From: Octopus sinensis
Lineage: Eukaryota
Direction of reading: 5' to 3'
Assembly (NCBI RefSeq): GCF_006345805.1
Contig: NC_043013.1
Coordinates: forward strand, 47,058,001 to 47,122,000
Length of the DNA stretch: 64,000 nucleotides
Positions 26,440 through 39,627 of this stretch are shown here, in pieces. The translations under genes and the position numbers were made by a program. The notes under the pieces were generated by a model. The model made no database searches, was not told the DNA's origin, and saw only the letters and a list, made by a program, of their open reading frames with translations. The stretch's first letter is position 1, and each line of letters begins with the position of its first letter.

Positions 26440-26990
26440 GGGGACAAAATTATTCCATTTGTAGTTACTCACAATTCAGAAATTACTACGTTTTGCATGT
26501 ATCTAAGCCACACCTTCCAATTCTGCACCAGCCACCAAGGGAAACCACTAAAACTTTACAGATTATTAACAGCCGAAGGCAATCAGCATATCTTGAAAGT
26601 CTCTTAAAACAGCGAAATTCACACCAGGGACAAAATCTGAAGATCTTTTATGTAGAACTTATGATTTGATTGAAGGTGGTGTAAGGTCCAAAAATTCAAG
26701 AACGGAAAAATGTTTAAGGTTAATGAATATAAGAACTGCAAAACAAAAACTCCTTAAATTCATCCCATGACCTCAGTCCAGTGAGGACTATATCGGCCAA
26801 GCAGGAACAAGATTAATGGAGATAGTCAGTGTACATAAAAAATATGTAAAGCTTCGTTTTTCTTTTAAGAATATTCCGTATATTGAACATTTAAATACCT
26901 CGGAAAAATTGGAAATTCAAAATAAAGGAGGAAACTTATGAGAGGAAAAGAAATTTTTATTAAGATTTTGAACCCGAAACTAAACTGGAA
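26440..26990 (+). mobile_element. Penelope-like element remnant: GIY-YIG endonuclease region
   Basis: Fragments DKIIPFVVTHN, LPILHQ, IINSRRQ, DYIGQAGTRLMEIVSVHKK (26786-) and KEIFIKILNPKLN. This is a typical PLE C-terminus, frameshifted. Confidence 0.75.
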
Positions 26991-27403
26991 ACAGCGAGAA
27001 ATGCTATTGGACACATTTACTACTATACAGATTACTTTATAAGATGTGTGAAAATTTTAAGCCCTTGCACGAAATACCTCTCTTCCATCAGTTTTGCTCT
27101 TTTCATGATTCTTTAAAGTAATTGATAATTTTTAATTGAAATTTTTTTTCAAATGCACACAAGCAAAGATTTACATATATATGCAAGCATACATATGACG
27201 GTATACTTTGTCTCCTTTGTCTGGTGGCAAGCGTGTCCAACCATCTAGTTCTCTTACATGGAAACTTGTGTTTGCGGGTCGTCATGAAGCGAAATCTAAA
27301 GCGGCACCAAACATAATATTTGGTACCATTATGCAGCGAAGTCTTATTAATTTTTCTATATAGGAGGCCATCCAAGGTTAAAGAACCCTGGTATTCTATG
27401 ATA

Positions 27404-27449
<46 letters not shown>

Positions 27450-27469
27450 GTATGTATATATATACATTC

Positions 27470-27534
<65 letters not shown>

Positions 27535-27556
27535 GTATGTATATATATATACATTC

Positions 27557-27612
<56 letters not shown>

Positions 27613-27773
27613 GTATGTATACAGAGCCACACACATATGTAGGTATTATATAAGAGAATATGTAATGAACAGAAATGCGTCTCGTGTGTATCCTTAATTG
27701 TGGCAGGTGCGAAGGGAAAATAATTCTCCTTTTCATTGTGTGTATCGATGTGTGTGCATATATGTATACAGAC

Positions 27774-27826
<53 letters not shown>

Positions 27827-28193
27827 GTGTGTGTGTGTGTGTGTGTGTGTGTTTGTGTTTGTGCGTTGCGCGCGGTCGTAGTGTATGTGTAGATACACAT
27901 ACTTTAGATATACACACACATATAGACGCATATATATACATGAAAAAAACAATTTTCATATTTGGGTGTGTTATGTGTGTGAGTGTATATATATATGAGT
28001 GTGGAAGTTGCTACGTGTATGTAGATTTATTTAGATAAACATAACGCTGTTATTTCAGATACATTGAAAAGCAAGAGGATTATTTCCTATGCATACATTC
28101 ATAACCCCCCCCCACACATATATATATATACACATAGGCATATATATACATGCAATATATATACCTAATATATATTGTATTATATATATATAC

Positions 28194-28243
<50 letters not shown>

Positions 28244-28500
28244 TATAATATATATATATATTTGTATAGAAAACTATTGGAATGTTTTATATATTCATAA
28301 ATATATACAAAATGATTCTGAAATATGCAAATATGCCCACATACTCATATTATGAAGAAAGAATTATAAGAAAATAAGAGAAAATCTATGATAAATCTTT
28401 ATATACAAATAGATACACATAAACATTTATTTCATACATAAATACTTTTAATGAAAATATAAGGTATCATATACGTGTGTATATATATATATATATATAT

Positions 28501-28537
<37 letters not shown>

Positions 28538-29326
28538 TAAGTATATATATATGTGTGTGTGTGTATACATATATAAATGCAAATAAGTATATATATATAT
28601 ATATATATATGTATATTTTTGAGTGTAAATATAAATATATATATACATGTATGTACATATGTATGGTGTTTGTACGTGGGTGTCTACGTGTATGTTTATG
28701 TGTGTTTGTGATGAACACACGCAGTTTTACATAGATGTTGGCTATTTCTTTTTACCAAAAATTTTACATTAGTCTTAGCCAAATGTGCTTGTGCACGTGG
28801 ATATGATTTTTTTCCCCGCCTTTTATACCTCTGCATATACACACAGCTAGTATTATACATAAGCATTTCTAACTTTCTTTGATGAATAAATGAGATTTTC
28901 ATAATATGAAACATAATAAGAAAAAGTCAATTCGCAACATTGTAAAACGGCTTTAGAAAGAGAAACAGAGAGGGAAAAAATGGCTGATGGCTATCTTTTA
29001 AGTATTCTATCGAATTAATTCTTATTCCTTTTCTCAAATGCTAAACGAATCAGATGGAATAACACTATAAAGAAGATATGATATTGTTTTTACTTGTTTT
29101 TCGTCGATTTTGTTATTGTATCTTTTGTTTTTTTCTTTTCCATTTTAAATATCTCTTTCTCTAAACACAACTAATAATATTTAAACTAATGATTCTTAAT
29201 AAATTAATTTTTAATGAAAATTCTCTGAAAGATGCTGTTGAGTATTTTTATATATATATATATATATATGTACGGGCAGAACTATATACATTTATATATA
29301 TATACACACTCACATACATATTAAGT

Positions 29327-29361
<35 letters not shown>

Positions 29362-29476
29362 GTATGTGTGTATGTCTATATAAATATGTATATGTACTTA
29401 CACACTCACGTATATGAGAGAATGTTCGAGTATATAATTAAATGCATGTATACCCATGCATACATACATATATATG

Positions 29477-29517
<41 letters not shown>

Positions 29518-29528
29518 ACATACACATA

Positions 29529-29559
<31 letters not shown>

Positions 29560-30501
29560 GCATACACATATATATGTATATATATGTATATACATACACA
29601 TATATATGTGGTAACACACATATACATGTCTGTATATGAATTTCTACGTGTGCGTGTATGTATATATATATATACGCACACAAACACACACACTGAGCAA
29701 ATATCTATTTATCTATACTCCTCATTCTCTGCCTATACATATACATGTGTGTGTGTGGTGTGTTTGTGTTTATATATACATTTATGTATATATACTTATG
29801 TGTAGTTATAAGTGTATAAACATATTTATACATATGTACATATATATATATATAGAATACAAACACATACACACACACACACATATATATTTAGATATAT
29901 ATGCATACATAGGTATATACATGTGTGTGTGTGTGTATGTATGTATATCACCAGAGAAGGTAAAAACACTGGTATTATAAACAATGGCTAGAACATTACA
30001 CATAGAAATGACAACAGCAAAAGTAAACATTTGAAACTCTGGTTGTTTTGAGCACTGAATGGGATCTTTGATGTTTCAAGTATTTATTATTGTTACATGA
30101 TTATTCTCTTTTTTTTTCATTTCCCTGTCATTGCTCTTTTCTTCCACCTCTCCCTCATCACCTTGTCGAAATCTATGATTTTCTGATTACTATCATTGCT
30201 GCTGCAGTTATGATTATCGTCTTATCTCTGACTACACTTATGAATAGTAGAGGTCAGAATCAGGTCTTGTAACCACTGATACAACGAAATATGCCAATCA
30301 TTCTCAAGTAGAGTTCTCTGCTCTTTTCTTTTCGTTTTTTATCACCTTTTTGCTTTTCTCTTTTCTGCTCCTCTGCCTCAGCCTATGTATGTATGTATGT
30401 ATGTATGTATGTATGTATGTATGTATGTATGTATGTATGTATGTATGTATGTATGTATGTATGTATGTATGTTTTTACGTACGTACGCATGTATGTATGT
30501 A

Positions 30502-31793
30502 TCAGGTCATCCCATAAGTTCTGTCCGAATTTTTCAATAAAGAAAAACAAGTGATCAAATGTTATATTTAATTGAATTTTAATCACCAATGTACTTTCCC
30601 TGATTATCTATGACTTCCTCCCATCTATTTACAAGTTTTTTTAATCTCATCAATGTAAAACTCTTTTCGTTTCAAAGCGAAGAACTCTGAAATGTCAGTT
30701 AGGACCTCCTCCTGGCTTGCGAAAGCTATGTTCCCCAAATGATTCTGTAAACTATGAAACAAATGGTAGTTTCAAGGAGCAAGGTCGGGAGAATAAGGTG
30801 GATGAGGAATGTTTTCCCAACCAAGCTCTTCGATCTTCTGTGATGTGATCTTTGCAGTGTGGGGTTGCGCACTGTCTTGATGAAACATCACTCCTTTTCG
30901 ATTCACTAAAGCGGGTCTTTTTTTCTTCAAAGCGTGCTTCCAACGCTCTAATTGCTGACAGTAGATTTGAACATTGATTGTTGCATTAGGTGGTAACAAT
31001 TCAAAGTGAATTACTCCTTTGCAATCCCACCAGACAGAGAGAAGAACCTTTTTTTCCATGAAGTTCCCTTCTCGGTTGTGCTTGAGCTTTTTCCCTTTTA
31101 CCAAGCCACTGTTTACGACGTTAAACATTTCGATATAAGACACATTATTCGTCACCAGTCACAAGCCAATCCAAAAAGGGTGAAATTAGTTCGCGAGAAT
31201 GGAGGGAAGAGCAGATGTCAACTCGGGATTTGCGGTTGCTTTCGGACAATTCATGAGGCACACATTTTCCAAGTTTAGGAACCTTTCCAAATTGTTGAAG
31301 ATGACGATGAATAGTTGTATGGTTTGAACTAAGCTTTATTGCCAATTCTTCAACTGATAATGCAGGATTTTCTTCAAGTAATGCCTCAAGAAGCTTATAA
31401 TCAAACTCAACTGGACATCCTTTTTCAATCTTCCTCTTCAACGCTGAAATCTGCAGTTCTGAATTTTGAAACCATCTTCTGCAAGTTCTTTCATTCAAGC
31501 ATTCTTTCCCATAAACTGAGTGTATGTTTCGAGTCGCTTCGGCTGCAAAGTTTCCTTTTTTGTACTCATAAAGCATTATGAGCCTCAAATGCCCTTTGGC
31601 TAGTTCCATGTTAGAAAGGGTTTTAATCAAAGAAATTTTAATTGTATTATTCTGTAAAATAATATTTAATTAGTTTAAATGTACACAAGTGTATAAAAAT
31701 AATTTCTAATTCCATTAGACATTCTAAAATACAATTAAATTTCATTCAATTTTCAAAAAGGTAAAATTGGACAGAACTTATGGGATGACCTGA
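30502..31793 (-). mobile_element. Full-length mariner (Tc1/mariner, DD34D class) DNA transposon, 1292 bp
   Basis: 25-bp perfect TIRs TCAGGTCATCCCATAAGTTCTGTCC; TA on both sides (30500-01 and 31794-95); transposase remnant inside. Confidence 0.96.
30579..31609 (-). pseudogene. Mariner transposase pseudogene (mellifera/cecropia-like)
   Basis: Motifs VPHEL, LVTGDE, KKVLLSVWWD, FHQDSAQPH and YSPDLAP*NYHLF. There are 34 residues between D2 and the third catalytic position. Several frameshifts and a nonsense codon at 30772-30774. Confidence 0.93.
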
Positions 31794-31866
31794 TATGTGT
31801 TTATGTGTATATGTGTACATGTGTGTGTTCACGCGCGCGCGTGTGTATATATATATATACATATAG

Positions 31867-32180
31867 TGGACGCGCAATGACCCAGTGGTTAGAGCAGCGG
31901 ACTCGCGGTTGTAGGATCGCGGTTTCGATTCCCAGACCGGGCGTTGTGAGTGTTTATTGAGCGAAAACACCTAAAGCTCCACGACGCTCCGGCAGGGGGT
32001 GGTGGCGATCCCTGCAGTACTCTTTCGCCACAACTTTCTCTCACTCTTTCGTCTGTTGGCCTGCTCACTTAACCAGCGGGGTGGCGTCATTTGAAGGCTA
32101 AAATAATGCAAAGTGCATTGTGACCAGCGATATGTAGCAACATCTGATAGCCTGGTCGGTCACGGTGATCACGGTGATAT
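31867..32180 (+). mobile_element. SINE with family A head but a different 3' tail ending in (CACGGTGAT)2
   Basis: The first ~180 nt match 9755-9940. The sequence after ctttctctcactcttt is unrelated to that copy. Confidence 0.8.
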
Positions 32181-33004
32181 ATACATATATATTTATATAT
32201 ACACACATTTATGCATATATGTATATATGTATGTGTGCATGTATTTATGTATGCATGTTTTTATATTCCGATTTAGATTTATTAGTGTCCGTTGCTCATT
32301 TCAGTCGCGCCCTAACTAAGTCGGAAGTCTTCCTTGTTTGAGTCAAGGTAATTCCAGGTGTTTGTGAATATCGATGTTCATGTCTGCATAAATGTTGAAG
32401 TGCATTTCAATATACTTGGACTCGTGTAAGGTTGTGCAGTTCTCAAAAATATGTGATTTTATTGAAATGCATGGATGTTTGCATTTGGACAAATCCGACA
32501 GCTTGTATACTTTATTCCATGAAATTCAACTTGCAGATCTTTGGATTGTTTTGATGCGCCGTATTGTACCAACTATATATTATATTTTCACGAAGCGATT
32601 CAGTTTGATTGGCTCTTTTCTGGAGAAAACCAAGACATTCCAGTAATTTATGGAAATCATTTGTAGCTTAGTTCGATATTATGTGATAGTAGATACAAAT
32701 GAGAATTTATTGCCATGATACGAGAGGTGTTTCACTTGATTATCACAGATAATCTCACCTTTCTTAAACTTAGATGAAATCTTGGTGCCGTTCTGGAGGT
32801 CACAGCTATAACTGTGTATGACTTATTCCATATCCCACAGAATGATACTGAGATTTACTAGAATGTTTCAGTTTGTTTCTTATCAGTGAAGGCAGTGGCT
32901 TACAATCGGGGTCAGTATGGCCTGGGATGGGGCATATACGATTTTGTTGCTAAAATTCACGTGCTCATACTTCTACAGATATACAATTCAAAATATAGTT
33001 CAAT

Positions 33005-33468
33005 TTTTTCTACAATTCCTAATAATATTTAATTATGAAAAATACAGTTGGAGGTCCAGTAGCGTAAAACAGGAGTCAAAGGGCAGCACAGGCAAAAGAG
33101 CTATGCCGTCGGAAGCTATGTCAGAGCTATGCGGTCGGGAACTTCGGTTCCTGGTAGGGCCACCCAAGGCGGATTGGTCTGACACCGAGTGGTATTAGGG
33201 CCACAACCCGGCAGACGGGGCTCTGTGAAAATCCTCGGAGTGTCTGTTTCGGCAAAGGCGGCTCCTCGGTCGTTCTGTCCCTGCGTCTGCGGACAATCTG
33301 CGGCAAACAGGATGTCTCTACATGCGGGATTGTTGGGGACCGCTTGTGAAATTCACATATTCCCACAAAACTTCTTCCACCTCCATGGTTCGAGATGCCT
33401 CGAGGGTGGTAGAAGAAGCCGACTCAACCCACTCAGGGAAAATGTCGCCACAAGTACAAGTAAGTAAG
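33005..33468 (+). mobile_element. GC-rich short retroposon ending in a CAAGTACAAGTAAGTAAGT tail (probably RTE-derived, non-autonomous)
   Basis: GC/CpG island against the AT background, with a short tandem tail of the type seen on RTE LINEs. No RT reading frame recognised. Confidence 0.4.
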
Positions 33469-33919
33469 TACAGGCAAAAGACGGTTGAGAACAACTGATT
33501 TATAGTGTGCTAACAATTTCGTAGGCTTTTAACCTTGTTATGACTGATGCCTGGTAGATCCTTCCTGCAGACGGAATTATAAATAGTTTTGGCAGCAATA
33601 TCATATCTTGAGAGAATATCTTCTAATGAGACCCGTCCTTTACGGGGTTTTGAGGCAACCGCTGATGTTATGCTGTCAACATAAGAATTGTACGATCAAC
33701 ATTATGTATTACAACAGAGATTTTGTAGTATCCCTGTCTCTGTTATTGATTATATATTTAGTGGTGTCATTCTTTTCCTTAATTGCGAAAGCGTGTCCTT
33801 TATGTTTTTACTGGCACGATAGATGCTTTTCTCCAAGTGTCTATTTCAGTAGGTTTGTCAAGATCCTTATGGGCCACATCTGTATACTCAGAATGCCTAT
33901 TTGGGAGTTCTTTTCCTGT

Positions 33920-34296
33920 TACTCTTTTACTCTTTTACTTGTTTCAGTCATTTGACTGCGGCTATGCTGGAACACCGCCTTTAGTCGAGCAAATCTACCT
34001 CAGGACTTATTCTTTGTAAGCGCAGTACTTATTCTATCGGTTTCTTTTGCCGAACCGCTAAGTGACGGGGACGTAAACACACCAGCATCGGTTGTCAAGC
34101 AATGCTAGAGGGACAAACACAGACACACAAACATATATATACATATATACGACGGGCTTCTTTCAATTTCCGTCTACCAAATCCACTCACAAGGCTTTGG
34201 TCGGCCCGAGGCTATAGTAGAAGACACTTGCCCAAGACTGAACCCGGAACCATGTGGTTGGTAAGCAAGCTACTTACCACACAGCCACTCCTGCGC
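33920..34296 (-). mobile_element. SINE family C, near full length
   Basis: Reverse complement of 19089-19499, with a small deletion in the head region. Confidence 0.88.
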
Positions 34297-34559
34297 CTGT
34301 TGTCAAGATTATATTATTTTCGCTGTTATGTATTCATTTCTCCCTTCAACGTTCAGTATGGTTTGTCTGAAGGATACATACAATAAGGCACACAAAGACC
34401 TTTTAGAATTAATTTAAGCGTTGACTACCATCCTTCCGTCTAACCAAGGCCCTCTTCGTGTCATAACTGATGAAGCTGTTATGTGAGGTAGTTAATATTT
34501 TCCAATCCAAACGATAAATCTGTTCAATAATCTATATTAGTTTTCTATTTGTACGTTAC

Positions 34560-35615
34560 TACAACAGGTACTTCAAGTGCATTATGAGTCATGGTTCTAT
34601 TGAATACAGAGAGCTAAGCTTTCCATACCTTCCGAAGTTTTCCTTAATCACTCCAGCTTTATTCGCAGTAACAACGTATCCAACATCCGTATTATTTCTG
34701 AGATATTTGTACCTTACGATATTGGAAATGGGGTAAATAGACTAGCCACCGATATCCATATTGTTTGTTTGCTCAACAAACTTTCGTATACTAAATGCCA
34801 GATATAAACACTAATGCTGAAATTCTATTGTGTGAAAATATTGTTTCTCATTAACAGGAAGCGTATAGGCGCCATTAATTTTCTTCTCTGCGGCAAATTT
34901 TAACAAGTTATTTTGGCATTTCCATTTCACTATCAAAACCAACACAAGAATGGACAAGCTGTCACTTTAGAATGTTTCCCTTCATAATCTAATTCTGCTT
35001 GAGACGACTATAGTAATAGCTTCTGGTCATAGTGATAGTTATTAAGACCATGTTGTTACGTAGGAAACGGGACCCTCTCGTGGTGCAGTCACTTTAGTAT
35101 CCAAAGTAGAACGTCTTATAGAGTAGATCTTCTTTTCGTAGACTTCGATGATACTGCTTTACTTCTTTATAAACAGCTTAGTCAACAAGAACCCGTTCAG
35201 CACAGCCACAATTGGTTCTCTTCTTGTCTGATTACATTTCACCAAATCATTTTCCATTTAAGCAACTTATGTACAGTTCCTATATCATATTCAAGTATGA
35301 TATGGATTTGTAGCGTGAATTGTTTTCCTCGTGTCTCCTGTCTCCTGTTCTTAGGAGTGAACTACTATCTTTGCAGCTGCCAGCAGTCTAGTATAGGGAA
35401 TTTAGTGCCTATTGTTTTTTGAACAGTCCGAAGAATAATCTCCTGTAGAACATGAGTTTTATTTGTTTTTCCACAACATTTGACTATCAGGTCTTTTCCG
35501 GGTGACTGTCCATTCAGTAGTTTTGCAACAACAACCAGGAAATTGTCTTGAATGATATTATATGTTTCAAGAGAGATAATTGTACACTGTTCACTCCGTA
35601 AACTCATTGAACCAA
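34560..35615 (-). mobile_element. Highly degenerate reverse-transcriptase region of an R4/Dong-type RLE LINE
   Basis: The minus strand gives QSPGKDLIV, NSRYKSISYLNMI*ELYISCLN, GCAERVLVD*AVYKEVKQ, DSLSILVLVL, RYKYLRNNTDVGY and LSVFNRTMTHNALEVPV, in the order expected for this clade. Confidence 0.7.
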
Positions 35616-35943
35616 ATTCTATCGAGGTTATGCTATTTATTTACTTACTAGATCCCCATTCATAGAAGCTTTGTGGTCGTTCATTTACATGTTTGATGGC
35701 GTGACCTTTCATGCTGTCATATACCATTTGTAAGTTTTATGCATTTTCACCTTTGGTCGTTTTACATTTTTGAAATGTCTTTTTATAACAAGCCTTGTGA
35801 CTTACTCTCTGTAGTTCGTGTTTACTCGTGTGTGTCGGTCGTTGGCAGTTCCCATCAATTTCAGATACCTTATCATAAAGACGAGGCTGGTGCTTCATAG
35901 TTTTATTTATTCACTTTGGAGTCATTATTGGTATTCAAAAGAA

Positions 35944-36160
35944 GTCGGTGAGCTGGCAGAATACTTAGCACGCCGGGTGAAATGCTTAGCTGCATTTCGT
36001 CCGCATATAGGCTCTGAGTTCAAATTCCGCCGAGGTTGACTTTGCTTTCATCATCTCGCGCTCGATAAAATAAGCACCAATTGTGCTATAGGATCGATGT
36101 AATCGACATACCCCCACTTCCCCCAAATTGTTGGCCTTGTGCTAAAATTTGAAATTAATA
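35944..36160 (+). mobile_element. SINE family B copy
   Basis: ggtgagctggcagaatacttagcacgccgggtgaaatgcttagc...gagttcaaattccgccgaggttgactttgc. Confidence 0.82.
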
Positions 36161-36745
36161 TTAGTATCCAAATGACTGATCCTTTTCCTAGAATCTATCG
36201 ATTATTTCTTTTTAGGAAAGCAATCCGCTTCGATTGTGGTTTTATCATTCCCATTCACCTATGTTATTCTCATCTGCTTGTGAATGCTAAAGGCTGTACA
36301 ATACACTAAAGTATTCGATTTGCAAACACCGGAAGTTTCACTTTGTTTTGGATGTTCTTTACCAACTTCGTTGATCAAAGATAACATCAACTCAGTTGGT
36401 TTTTCTCTCGACACGTATTATAATCAAATAAACCCGTTGAGTGAAAACCATTCCTTAAATCTTACTTTGAGCAGTGTTTAGAACTATTTCTTTGTTTCAT
36501 TTGTGTTCTTTGTTTTTAAGCAGCTAAGCATGTCCGTATAATGGCGCCTCTCTTTTATTCATCTTATACTCATATAATCCTGGGTTCATATTTTCAGCAA
36601 TTCTTAGAGACTACATGATGTTGCTGATATTATATACTGTGCCCATTTTTTTTTTATGATAGGAATATTTTTTCTCAGCGAAAGTAACTTGCTAACGCAA
36701 TTCATACTAGCGTCTAAGTGGTTGCAATATTTTAGTAGGTCTTAA

Positions 36746-37090
36746 GGCGGCGAGCTGGCAGAAACGTTATCACGCCGGGCGAAATGCGTAGCCGTATTTC
36801 GTCTGCCGTTACGTTCTGAGTTCAAATTCCGCCGAGGCCGACTTTGCCTTTCATCCTTTCGGGGTCGATAAATTAAGTACCAGTTACGCACTGGGGTCGA
36901 TGTAATCGACTTAATCCGTTTGTCTGTCCTTGTTTGTCCCCTCTATGTTTAGCCCCTTGTGGGCAATAAAGAAATAAGAATCCTTAGCACGCCGTGCAAA
37001 AAGATTAGCAGCATTTTGTCCTTATTTACATTCTGGGTTCAAATTCTGCCGATGTCGACGTTGCCTTTCATCCTTCCTCGTTTCGATAAA
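36746..37090 (+). mobile_element. Young full-length SINE family B (36746-36977) directly followed by an older head-truncated copy
   Basis: CpG-rich intact head and tail ending gcaataaagaaataa, followed by gaatccttagcacgccg... of a second copy. Confidence 0.88.
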
Positions 37091-37409
37091 ACAATTATCT
37101 GTTGAATAAAATCGATATAAACCGTTTACTGTCGCTGTTGCTATCAGTTTATTAATATTTCTATTTTGTTGGAAAAGAAACGTTACCCATGCCATTAACA
37201 CTGGCCTAGACAAGAAAATACGGTGCACCAGATATTAATCTGTGATTTGAATGATGATTTATATCAGGAAGTATGGGTATAAAGGTTAGTCTAGGGAGTA
37301 TGCAGTGTCGACTAGGACGGTTGGACAGCATTTTTAGCGGGACGTTAAAGCTGAGACATAGTTAGTATGATTTATGTATGTGTTTTAGTGTAGTGTATAA
37401 CTAGATATT

Positions 37410-37667
37410 TCATAAATGTAACGGTAGGAAAAACTGTATTGACTGCCCTAGTATAGTGGTGAGTGAACCTCGGTCAATCAACTGTAGGAAATTTTTTGGG
37501 ACGTTTGTGCAAATAGTACCAATATTCCAGATAAGGGTCAGTGCATTATACCGTGACCACTTTTTGCTTTGTTGAGGATCAGCAACAAGAATTTTCCTAG
37601 TCTTTAGAAAGAGACTTGCATTTTGGATGTAGGTTTTATTATATAATAGAAAAGTGCTTTCTATCAT
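37410..37667 (-). mobile_element. Possible Penelope-like element fragment (RT-to-EN linker)
   Basis: LIWNIGTICTNVPKNFLQLIDR resembles the PLE linker motif IIWFNPP...TN.GK.FL.LIDKHF (recalled, not searched). Confidence 0.4.
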
Positions 37668-37982
37668 AGCAAGATAAAAATTTTATCAACATGTATTTCA
37701 TATTGGAGTTCAAAAAGCATTTCGCGATGCTATTTAAATAGAATAGAATATCATAACTTTATTGAAGGAGTCATGAAAACCTAATTCTCGTGTTTTTGCT
37801 TTATAGTTGTATTATGATTCTGCAAGATGACTTGAATTTTATGTAGAATGTGACTGAGCTTGCAGATCTTAGGACGCGCTATTCAAATATCATGACTATG
37901 GATGAACGAAATGCAATTGGTGATAGATTTCTTTCACTCTTGAAGCTGTGTTTTTTTTCTAGTGTAATGTGGTAGTCTTTAG

Positions 37983-38265
37983 GTTACGACGACGAGGGGC
38001 CCCAGTTGATCTGATCAACGGAACAGCCTGCTCGTGAAATTAACGTGCAAGTGGTTGAGCACTCCACAGACACATGTACTCTTGGGGAGGTTCAGCGCGA
38101 CACAGAGCGTGACAAGCCTGGCCCTTTGATATTAAAGGTACAACAGAAACAGGAAGAAAGAGTGAGAGAGAGAGAGTTACGACAAAAGAATACATTAGGA
38201 TTCGCCACTATCCCCTGCCGGAGCCTCGTGGAGCTTTAGGTGTTTTCGTCAGTAAACACAACGCC
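37983..38265 (-). mobile_element. 5'-truncated SINE family A copy
   Basis: Matches the reverse complement of the 9835-10125 segment. Confidence 0.8.
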
Positions 38266-38770
38266 TGAATAATTGCGGAAACCATGAACGATATATACAA
38301 AATTATTGTGGAAATCATGAAGAATATAACAAGAATATAGTATCAGACATTCGGCCTATTATTTCAGATGAGGAAGTGTTGAAGCGTATTCTCAGCCAAG
38401 AATAGGTACCAGATTTGTTTCAAATTTGCTCTTCAGAGGAATTAAGATTTGAGTAATTGTCAGAACACAAGGTATCACTTTCTGAATGAAAATACCTTCA
38501 AAATGCAAACATTCGCGTTGAAATTTCCTTCAGATCTAATCAGGATTCTTGAACCATTTTGAAAATTAGTGTAAATAATCTACGATAAAATCACAAAATG
38601 AATAATTATAATAATTATTTCATTGGAACATGAATTTTTCAAATTTGGAAGATGATTTGATTTCGTCTAGATTGATTTATTAGATTAATGAGATCAACTA
38701 TTTTTGTGAGATTATTATACGATTAATGCAGCATTGACCTCAGAATTAGAACACCTACAATAGATGATAT

Positions 38771-39335
38771 TAGTTTCAATTTTTGGCAAAGGGTAAACAA
38801 TTTTAGAGGAGGAATATGTGCTATATCGACCCTAAAATGTTGAAAGGCAAAGTCGACCTTAGTAGAATTTTAACTCAAAACGCGAAGACAGACGATATGC
38901 TGCTAAGCATTTTACCACGGGTGCTAACGATTCTACCAGTTCACCGCCTAATCATAGATTAAGTGGTGAGCTGGTAGAATCGTTAGAAGTTGTTACGTTC
39001 TCGTCTTTTGTGTTTCTTATATTCATTAAAGGTGGGGGTACATGGCCTAGTGGTTAGAGCAGCGGTCGAGGGATCGCGGGATCGAATCTCAGACCGGGTG
39101 ATGTGTGTGTTTATGAGCGAAACACCTAAGTTCCACGCGGCTCTGGCAGAAGGTATGATAATATTGGTTTCAAATTTTGGTACAAGGCCAGAAAATTTGG
39201 GGTATTCCAGTGGTTCTTATGTTTTCGACCCCGAAAGAACTAAGGACAAAGTTGACGTCGTCAGAACGTGAAGATAGACGAAATGCCGCTAAGTATTTTG
39301 TCTGACGAGTTAACGATTCTGTCAGCTCCATTGCC
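38771..39335. mobile_element. Cluster: SINE B (-, 38771-38949), SINE A-type head (+, 39031-39155), SINE B (-, 39162-39335)
   Basis: Homology to the other copies in the window. Confidence 0.75.
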
Positions 39336-39627
39336 ATTTCAAGTTGTCACATATTTATTTCATTTTATCCGAGTGAAGTTACTGCTTCGTATGAAACAGT
39401 GCGCTTCCATCTAACAGAGTTGCTTTTGGAAAAATATGAGCATCAGAACTTAACATATGTTTGAGCTTAAGAGCAACCTCTAAATTTTAGAATTAGCAGC
39501 CAAATCTTTCTTAAATCACACAGTAGGTAGTGAAGTGAGAGAGGTTTGGCTGTTATTTCTAGCACAATGAATGATTACATAGAAGTTGTTATGTTCTCGT
39601 CTTTTGTGTTTCTTATATACATTAAAT

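Noticed and set aside
30769-30774. Domesticated SETMAR/Metnase-like DD34N transposase
   Set aside because: The N sits beside a stop codon in a multiply frameshifted copy with intact TIRs, which is ordinary decay.
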